From Vicinamibacteria bacterium (GTDB taxonomy: Bacteria; Acidobacteriota; Vicinamibacteria; Fen-336): a stretch of DNA of 37,167 nt. The number at the start of each line of letters is the position of its first letter. Position 1 is the first letter of the stretch. Made by a program: the position numbers and the translations under genes. The stretch lies in assembly GCA_025923995.1 (NCBI GenBank), contig JAICEW010000018.1, positions 1 through 37,167 of the forward strand. The letters run 5' to 3'. The notes below the pieces were generated by a model. That model was given only the letters and a program-made list of their open reading frames with translations, made no database searches and had not been told where the DNA came from. Shown here in pieces: positions 25,649-31,654 of this stretch.

Positions 25649-27582
25649 GCGGTCTCCTGGGAAGGCGCGGCCGGCGCCGGGCGCTCCTGGATCTGGAAGC
25701 GCTCCATGGTCATCGCGTCGGTGGGGCAGCGGACGGCGCAGAGGCCGCACCGGATGCAGCGGTCGTCGTCCTTGATCATCGCGGACAGCGGCAGGCCGTG
25801 CGCCTGCGCGCGCTCCGTGAGCTCGGCGCGCTCCGCCTCCGGCAGGTCGAGCGACTCGAAGGGAACGATGGCCAGGCAGTACTCGGGGCACACGTCCACG
25901 CAGCGGCTGCAGAGCACGCACTTCTCGGGGTCGTAGATGGTCTGCACGTGGCAGACCAGGCAGCGCGCAGCCTGCCGGATGGCGGCGGCCGGGTCGTAGC
26001 CGGTCTCGACCTCCGCGATCCCGGTGCGCCGGCCGAGGTCGAGCGTGGGCGGCGTCTCGCGGTCGAGGATCTCGAAGCCCGCGAGCATCCGGTAGTCGCG
26101 GGTCGGGATCTTCTCGACGTCCAGCGTGACCTCGATCGCGCTCCGGTCCCCGGCCAGCAGCTCGTGGATGGAGCGCGCGGCGAGCTTGCCGTTCGCGACC
26201 GCCTCGATGAGGTTCCGGGGGCCGAACGCGGCGTCGCCGCCGGCGAAGACACCCGCGGCGGAGGTGGCCAGCGTCCGGGGATCGACGCGGATCGTCCCCG
26301 CGGGCGTCGTGTCGACGCCGTCCTGCGGCGTGAGGAAGTCGAGGTCGGCCTTCTGCCCGATGGCCAGCACGCACGCGTCGGCGTCCAGCGCGATCACGTC
26401 CTCGTCGTCGTAGGCGGGGCTGAAGCGGCCGTTCTCGTCGAACACGGACCGCACCGCGCGCAGCTCGACCTGGCGCAGCCGGCCGTCGCCCAGGAAGCGC
26501 CGGGGGCCGCGGCGGGGCAGGAACGCGACTCCTTCCCGCCGTGCCTCCTCGTACTCGTCGTGCCCCTGCGTCGACTGCAGCACGGGCATCTCGGCGAAGC
26601 TCTCCAGGGAGACGATCGTCACCTCGGTGGCCCCGCCGCGCAGGGCCGCGCGCGCCGAGTCGAACGCCTCCTTCATCCGGGCGTCGCTCTCTCCGGCGAG
26701 CTCCTCCGCTTCCTCCTCGCGGCCCAGGCGCAGCGCGGTGCGCGCCGCGTCGAAGGCCACGAAGCCGCCGCCGATGACCACCACGCGGCGCCCGAGGTTC
26801 ATCCGGTAGCCGCGGTTGACGTTCAGGAGGTAGTCGACCGCCTTCACCACGCCGTCCAGCTCGACGCCGGGCACCTGCAGGTCGCGGCCGCGCGAGACGC
26901 CGACGGAGAGGAAGACGGAGCGGAAGCCCTGCGCGCGCAGCTGCGCGAGGCCGAAACCGGGCGTGAGCGCGACGCCCGAGCGCAGCGTGACGCCCAGCGC
27001 GAGGATCTTCTGGATCTCCTCGTGGATGAGCGTCCGCGGGAGCCGGTACTCGGGGATGCCGAAGCGCATCATCCCCCCCGGCTCCGACGCCGCGTCGAAG
27101 ACCGTGACGTCGTAGCCGAGCAGGGCGAGGTCGTGGGCCGCGGACAGGCCCGCCGGCCCCGCGCCCACCACCGCGACCTTGGCCCGCTCGGCGGGGGCCG
27201 GCCCGCCGAAGGGGACGACGGGAAGGTGGCCGCGGTAGACGTTGCCTTCGAGCAGCGGCGCCTGGCGGAGGCGGTCCTGCGTGTCGGGCCGGCGCGACTC
27301 GACGCCGTACTGCTCGGTGACGTAGCGCTTCAGCGCGCGGATGGAGATGGGGGCGTCGATGTTCCCGCGCCGGCAGGCGTCCTCGCAGGGTGCGGCGCAG
27401 ACGCGCCCGCAGACCGAGGCGAACGGGTTGGGCGCGCGCGCGACGAGGTAGGCCTCCTCGTTCCGTCCCTCGGCGATCAGCTGGACGTAGCGGCCGGCGT
27501 CGGTGCGGACGGGACAGCCCGACTGGCACTTGACCTGCGCCTTCCAGTGCTCGAGATCGGGAAGCTGTACGCGCACGGGCAT
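25645..27582 (-). CDS. GltD-like FAD/NAD(P)-binding oxidoreductase with N-terminal Cys-cluster and C-terminal 2x[4Fe-4S] ferredoxin domain; first gene of the nos operon
   Basis: It has two Rossmann motifs (VAVVGAGPAGLSAA; RRVVVIGGGFVAFDAA). The N-terminus carries a GltD-type Cys cluster, and the C-terminus has CLVCH, CVLCSRCVDVCP and CIRCGLCAVRCP. No signal peptide is present. ATG at 27582 is preceded by GAGAGGTG; a GTG at 27591 is an alternative start. Confidence 0.75.
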   Translation of the reverse strand: MPVRVQLPDLEHWKAQVKCQSGCPVRTDAGRYVQLIAEGRNEEAYLVARAPNPFASVCGRVCAAPCEDACRRGNIDAPISIRALKRYVTEQYGVESRRPDTQDRLRQAPLLEGNVYRGHLPVVPFGGPAPAERAKVAVVGAGPAGLSAAHDLALLGYDVTVFDAASEPGGMMRFGIPEYRLPRTLIHEEIQKILALGVTLRSGVALTPGFGLAQLRAQGFRSVFLSVGVSRGRDLQVPGVELDGVVKAVDYLLNVNRGYRMNLGRRVVVIGGGFVAFDAARTALRLGREEEAEELAGESDARMKEAFDSARAALRGGATEVTIVSLESFAEMPVLQSTQGHDEYEEARREGVAFLPRRGPRRFLGDGRLRQVELRAVRSVFDENGRFSPAYDDEDVIALDADACVLAIGQKADLDFLTPQDGVDTTPAGTIRVDPRTLATSAAGVFAGGDAAFGPRNLIEAVANGKLAARSIHELLAGDRSAIEVTLDVEKIPTRDYRMLAGFEILDRETPPTLDLGRRTGIAEVETGYDPAAAIRQAARCLVCHVQTIYDPEKCVLCSRCVDVCPEYCLAIVPFESLDLPEAERAELTERAQAHGLPLSAMIKDDDRCIRCGLCAVRCPTDAMTMERFQIQERPAPAAPSQETA

Positions 27583-27633
27583 GCGGGGCACCTCTCGCCG
27601 GGAAGAGTGTCCGGCTCGCCCGCAGGCAACGGT

Positions 27634-27647
27634 ATGACCGTCGTCAT
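27634..27647. promoter_or_regulatory. Fnr/Dnr-type box ATGACCGTCGTCAT, ~58 bp upstream of the nos-operon first gene (minus strand)
   Basis: It has perfect ATGAC/GTCAT half-sites with an N4 spacer. Confidence 0.55.
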
Positions 27648-27698
27648 GGGGATTCGTGAGCCATCGGGCTCATTCGCGGGTGCACGTTCGGGCCCATC

Positions 27699-27712
27699 CT
27701 GACGGCCGTCAT
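27699..27712. promoter_or_regulatory. Fnr/Dnr-type box cTGACGGCCGTCAt, centred 55.5 bp upstream of the hemerythrin gene start (27761)
   Basis: The 12-bp perfect palindrome is TGACGGCCGTCA. Together with the box at 27634..27647 it forms a divergent promoter pair. Confidence 0.55.
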
Positions 27713-27760
27713 ACCCGCGCGCGCCGCATCGGCGCATAACGGGTCGGAAGGAGGCCGGAC

Positions 27761-28366
27761 GTGCAGATAGCGATCGAAGTCCTGATGAACGAGCACCGCC
27801 TGATCGAGCAGGCGCTGGGGTCCCTCGAGACGTACGCCGTCGAGGTCCGGGCCGGGCTGGCGCCGGCCCGGCAGATCGTCGGCGAGTACGCCTCGTTCTT
27901 CCGCGGCTTCGCGGACGGCTGCCACCACGGCAAGGAGGAGGACGTGCTGTTCCAGCGCCTGCTGGAGCGGGGCTTCCCGCGCCAGTCGGGGCCGCTGGCG
28001 GTGATGTACCACGAGCACGAGCTCGGACGCGCTCACGTCGGCGCCCTGTCCGGGATCGCAGAGCGGCCGGGCTCGGTCCAGACGCCGGAGGTCGAGGCGC
28101 TGCTCGCCAGTGCCGACGCCTTCGTGCCCCTCCTCCGCCAGCACATCCTCAAGGAGGACCGCATCCTCTACCCGATGGCGCTCGACGTGCTGAGCGGTCC
28201 GGAGCTCGACGCGATGAACACGCAGTTCGAGGAGTTCGAGGCGACGATGCGCGTGGACGGCACCTACGACGCCCTGCAGGCGCTGGCGGAGCGCCTGATC
28301 GTCCGTTTCCGCCCGGACCCGGTCCGCATGGCCGCGGTCTCGCAGATGGCCCACTGCGGCCGATGA
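27761..28366 (+). CDS. Hemerythrin-like (HHE cation-binding) domain protein
   Basis: GGAAGGAGG lies 6 nt upstream of the GTG. It has repeated H..HH / HE / H...KED metal-ligand spacing (NEHRLIE, GCHHGKEED, YHEHELGRAH, QHILKEDR). Confidence 0.8.
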   Translation: MQIAIEVLMNEHRLIEQALGSLETYAVEVRAGLAPARQIVGEYASFFRGFADGCHHGKEEDVLFQRLLERGFPRQSGPLAVMYHEHELGRAHVGALSGIAERPGSVQTPEVEALLASADAFVPLLRQHILKEDRILYPMALDVLSGPELDAMNTQFEEFEATMRVDGTYDALQALAERLIVRFRPDPVRMAAVSQMAHCGR

Positions 28367-29427
28367 CCCTGGTCGCCCGGCCCCTCCGGGCGCGCGAGCT
28401 GCGCGCCCGCAGCCGGGGGATCCGGTGGCTGAGGCACCTGGTCCAGGCAGGCGCCGCGGTCCTGGTCCTGTGGATCGGATGGGACTTCGTACTGTGGGTC
28501 CGCGGCCTGGAGTCCGGACAGATGACAGCCCAGCGCCCGCCCGGCGTCGAGGGCTTCCTCCCGATCGCCGCGCTCATGAGCCTGCGCCACCTGTGGAGCG
28601 CCGCCGAGGTCCATCCGGTGCACCCCGCGGGCCTCGTGATCCTGCTGGCGATCGTCGGCACCGGCCTCGTGCTCAAGAAGGCGTTCTGCTCGTGGCTGTG
28701 CCCGGTGGGGACGATCGCGGAGATGCTGGCCTCGGTCGGCCTCACGGCCTTCGCCCGGCGCGTCCGGCTGCCGAGGGCGCTGGACCTGCCGCTGCGCGGG
28801 GTGAAGTACCTGCTGCTGCTCTTCTTCGTCCACGCCATCTTCGTCGCCCTGTCCCCCAGCGCGATCGCCGCCTTCCTGGACGCGCCCTACAACCGGGTGG
28901 CGGACGTGAAGATGCTGTACTTCTTCGAGCGGCTCTCGCCGTTCGCGCTCAAGGTCCTCGCGTTCCTGGTCGTGCTGTCGATGGTCGTTCCCTTCGCCTG
29001 GTGCCGCTACCTCTGCCCGTATGGTGCCCTGCTGGGGGCGCTGTCCCTGCTCTCGCCGCTCAAGGTCACGCGCCACGCGCCGTCGTGCATCGACTGCGGC
29101 CTGTGCACGAAGGCCTGCCCATCGCTCCTGCCCGTCCATCGCCTCGGGCGCGTCCGTTCGGACGAGTGCTCCGCGTGCCTGTCGTGCGTGGCGGCGTGCC
29201 CCGTCCCGCGCGCGTTGCGCGTGGAGACGCCCCGGCCGTGGCGGCGCGCGGTCCGGCCCGCCGCCTTCGCGTGTCTCGTCCTGCTGCTGTTCGGCGGCAC
29301 CATCCAGGCCGCCCGGGTCTGGGGCGTGTGGCGGAACGCCATCACAGACGCGGAGTACGCCGAGCGCCTGCGGGAGATCGACTCCTACGACCACCTGCGC
29401 GGCGGCGAGCCGTCCGGGGGATCGTAG
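28363..29427 (+). CDS. NapH/NosR(C-terminal)-like membrane polyferredoxin (4Fe-4S binding)
   Basis: TM helices alternate with CSWLCPVG and CRYLCPYG motifs, then two ferredoxin motifs CIDCGLCTKACP and CSACLSCVAACP. The ATG overlaps the hemerythrin stop (ATGA). It has no FMN-binding N-terminal domain. Confidence 0.8.
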   Translation: MTLVARPLRARELRARSRGIRWLRHLVQAGAAVLVLWIGWDFVLWVRGLESGQMTAQRPPGVEGFLPIAALMSLRHLWSAAEVHPVHPAGLVILLAIVGTGLVLKKAFCSWLCPVGTIAEMLASVGLTAFARRVRLPRALDLPLRGVKYLLLLFFVHAIFVALSPSAIAAFLDAPYNRVADVKMLYFFERLSPFALKVLAFLVVLSMVVPFAWCRYLCPYGALLGALSLLSPLKVTRHAPSCIDCGLCTKACPSLLPVHRLGRVRSDECSACLSCVAACPVPRALRVETPRPWRRAVRPAAFACLVLLLFGGTIQAARVWGVWRNAITDAEYAERLREIDSYDHLRGGEPSGGS

Positions 29428-30464
29428 GCGCACAGCGGGTCCTCGGCGAACGCGTCGCCGGTCGCCGCGAAGGCGCGGGAACGGGATCCACCGCAGACCG
29501 CGCGCAGCTCGCAGCGGCCGCAGCGGCCGCCCAGCGCGTCGGGGTCGCGCAGGCGCCTGAAGACCGGGTCGTCGCGGTAGGTCTGGACCAGCCGTCCCTC
29601 GCGCGCGTTGCCGCGCGCCATGGGAAGGAACCCGCTCGGGCAGACGTTCCCGACGTGGTCCACGAAGGCGAACCCGTTGCCGTCGTTGACCGCGCGGGGC
29701 GCGCGCAGCTGCCGGCGGCCGAGGCTGGTCGTGGTGGCGCCCGCGCGCTCGCTGGCCATCTGGATCCGGCGATAGTGGGGCGCCTCGGTCGTCTTGATCC
29801 CGAAGGGGACCCGGCGCGAGAGGTCGTCCAGGAAGCGCAGCACGTCCTCGCACTCGTGGGGCGTGATCTGCTCGAGGCTCGCGCCTCGGCCCGTCTGCAC
29901 CAGGAAGAACGCGGCCCACAGCGTGAGCGGGAACGTCGCCACCCGCTCCGCCAGCTCGGGCAGGTGCGGGAGCGTCAGGCGGCTCACGGTCGAGTTGACC
30001 TGGAGCGGCAGCCCGAGACCGATCACCGCATCGATGATCTTCATCGTGTTCGCGTACGAGCCCTTCACGCGCCGGAACGCGTCGTGGCTCTCGGGGTCCG
30101 GGCCGTCGAGGCTCACCGCGACGCGCGAGAGGCCGGCCGCCTTCAGCTCCTCGAGCCGGGCGCGCGTCGCCATCGCGGTGCCGCTGGGGGTGAGCGCGAC
30201 CGTGAGCCCGATCCGCGTCGCATGGCCCACCAGCTCCGCCAGGTCCTTGCGCCACATCGGGTCGCCGCCGGTGAGGACGAGCAGGGGAGGCGGCGTCCCG
30301 AACGCGCGGATCTGATCGAGCAGGTGGAAGCCTTCCTCCGTGCCGAGCTCGCGCGGGTCCCGGCGGGCGATGGCGTCGGCGCGGCAGTGCACGCAGCTGA
30401 GCGCGCAGGCGCGCGTCACCTCCCAGATGACCAGGAAGGGCGTCCGGTCGAAGTCGACGACCAT
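29385..30464 (-). CDS. Radical SAM protein with partial SPASM/twitch C-terminal Cys motif (NirJ/AhbD/PqqE-like subfamily)
   Basis: It has the CxxxCxxC cluster in IWEVTRACALSCVHCRA and C-terminal CGRCELRAVCGG plus further Cys. There is no Shine-Dalgarno sequence. The Fnr-type box is centred exactly 41.5 bp upstream of the ATG. Confidence 0.8.
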   Translation of the reverse strand: MVVDFDRTPFLVIWEVTRACALSCVHCRADAIARRDPRELGTEEGFHLLDQIRAFGTPPPLLVLTGGDPMWRKDLAELVGHATRIGLTVALTPSGTAMATRARLEELKAAGLSRVAVSLDGPDPESHDAFRRVKGSYANTMKIIDAVIGLGLPLQVNSTVSRLTLPHLPELAERVATFPLTLWAAFFLVQTGRGASLEQITPHECEDVLRFLDDLSRRVPFGIKTTEAPHYRRIQMASERAGATTTSLGRRQLRAPRAVNDGNGFAFVDHVGNVCPSGFLPMARGNAREGRLVQTYRDDPVFRRLRDPDALGGRCGRCELRAVCGGSRSRAFAATGDAFAEDPLCAYDPPDGSPPRRWS

Positions 30465-30498
30465 GGCCGATGGTCGGACGATCCGCGCTCCCGGCCCA

Positions 30499-30512
30499 TG
30501 ACGGCCGTCATA
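30499..30512. promoter_or_regulatory. Fnr/Dnr-type box ATGACGGCCGTCAT between the divergent radical-SAM and methyltransferase genes
   Basis: It is a perfect 14-bp palindrome. Its centre is 41.5 bp from the rSAM ATG and 40.5 bp from the methyltransferase ATG at 30546. Confidence 0.6.
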
Positions 30513-30545
30513 CGCACGGGAGGCGGGGCGGCGCGATGATGGAGC

Positions 30546-31229
30546 ATGGACCCACTGGCCGGCTCGTCCTGGAGCGCGCCCGCGACGGTGGCCGGCTTCG
30601 CTCGCTCGTCGCCGAACGAGGTGCTGATGCGCTTCGCCCAGGATCACCTGGGCCGCATCGGCGGCGGGCGGCTGCTGGATCTCGGGTGCGGCGCCGGCCG
30701 CAACGCCGTGCCGCTCGCGCGCGAGGGCTGGGAGGTCCTGGGAACGGATCTGTCGTGGCCCATGCTGCGCGCCGCAAAGCGCCGCGTCGAGGACGAGGGC
30801 CTCGGGCGCCGCCTCCGGCTCGCCCTGGCGCCCATGGACCTCGTGCCGGCCGCGGACCGCGGCTTCGACGTCGTGGTCGCTCACGGGATCTGGAACCTCG
30901 CGCGTTCTTCCGCGGAGTTCCGGCGCGCCGTGGCGGAGGCGGCTCGCGTGGCGCGCAGAGGGGCCCGCCTCTTCGTGTTCACGTTCTCCCGCCACACGCT
31001 TCCGCCCGAGGCGGAGCCCGTCGCCGGCGAGCCGTTCGTCTTCACGGACTTCTCGGGCGAGCCCCAGTGCTTCCTCAGCGCGGAGCAGCTCGCGGCGGAG
31101 CTCGGCCAGGCCGGCTTCGTCCCGGACCCGGAGGTTCCGCTGACCGAGTACAACCGCCCCGCGCCGGGTCTCACGCGCGTGGGCGGGCCGCCGGTCATCT
31201 ACGAAGCGCTGTTCCGCCGCTCCGACTGA
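30546..31229 (+). CDS. Class I SAM-dependent methyltransferase
   Basis: Motif I is LLDLGCGAGRNAVPLA, and an acidic motif II and post-I region are present. The start is uncertain: ATG 30546 has a weak RBS, while ATG 30627 (MRFAQ...) has GAGG 5 nt upstream. Confidence 0.7.
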   Translation: MDPLAGSSWSAPATVAGFARSSPNEVLMRFAQDHLGRIGGGRLLDLGCGAGRNAVPLAREGWEVLGTDLSWPMLRAAKRRVEDEGLGRRLRLALAPMDLVPAADRGFDVVVAHGIWNLARSSAEFRRAVAEAARVARRGARLFVFTFSRHTLPPEAEPVAGEPFVFTDFSGEPQCFLSAEQLAAELGQAGFVPDPEVPLTEYNRPAPGLTRVGGPPVIYEALFRRSD

Positions 31230-31236
31230 CGGGCCC

Positions 31237-31581
31237 TCAGCCCTTCGGCTCCCGGAGCATCACGAGCAGCATCCGGGTGGCCTCGGACGCGTCGAGGGCG
31301 TGAGGCACGCCGCCGGGCATGCGGACGATGGTCCCCGGCGTCGCGCGGACGCTCTCGCCGCCGATCGTGAGCGCCAGCGATCCCTCCAGGACGAGCACGA
31401 GGGCATCGAAGGGCGAGGTGTGCTCCTCGAGCCCCTGGCCGGCGTCGAAGGCGAAGAGCGTGACGTTGCCGCCCGCCGTCCTCGCGAGCACGCGGCTCGC
31501 GATCCCGCGTTCGGTCGGGGTGACGAGCGTGGCCAGCGCGAGCGCCTGGGCGGAGGGAATCGACGGAGCGTCCTTGGACAT
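31237..31581 (-). CDS. Cupin-domain protein
   Basis: It has a 114-aa small beta-barrel with cupin motifs (G.LEEHTSPFDALVLVLEG...G..VRMPGGVPHAL). The Fnr-type box is centred 41.5 bp upstream of the ATG. Confidence 0.7.
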   Translation of the reverse strand: MSKDAPSIPSAQALALATLVTPTERGIASRVLARTAGGNVTLFAFDAGQGLEEHTSPFDALVLVLEGSLALTIGGESVRATPGTIVRMPGGVPHALDASEATRMLLVMLREPKG

Positions 31582-31615
31582 GGCCCGACCCTATCGCGAC
31601 GGCTCGGCGGGCGCC

Positions 31616-31629
31616 ATGACGGCCGTCAT
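31616..31629. promoter_or_regulatory. Fnr/Dnr-type box ATGACGGCCGTCAT upstream of the cupin gene
   Basis: It is a perfect 14-bp palindrome (a 16-bp palindrome if flanks are included: cATGACGGCCGTCATg). Confidence 0.6.
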
Positions 31630-31654
31630 GCGCGGCGCCGCCTGGGCCTGTCGG

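Noticed and set aside
29385-30464. Radical-SAM protein as the anaerobic sulfatase-maturating enzyme (anSME) for the sulfatase at 35354
   Set aside because: The cluster motif is C-x3-C-x-HC (NirJ/AhbD/PqqE-like) rather than the anSME-type C-x3-C-x-YC. The SPASM motif is only partial. The gene is 5 kb away on a different transcription unit under an Fnr box. It cannot be assigned from sequence alone.
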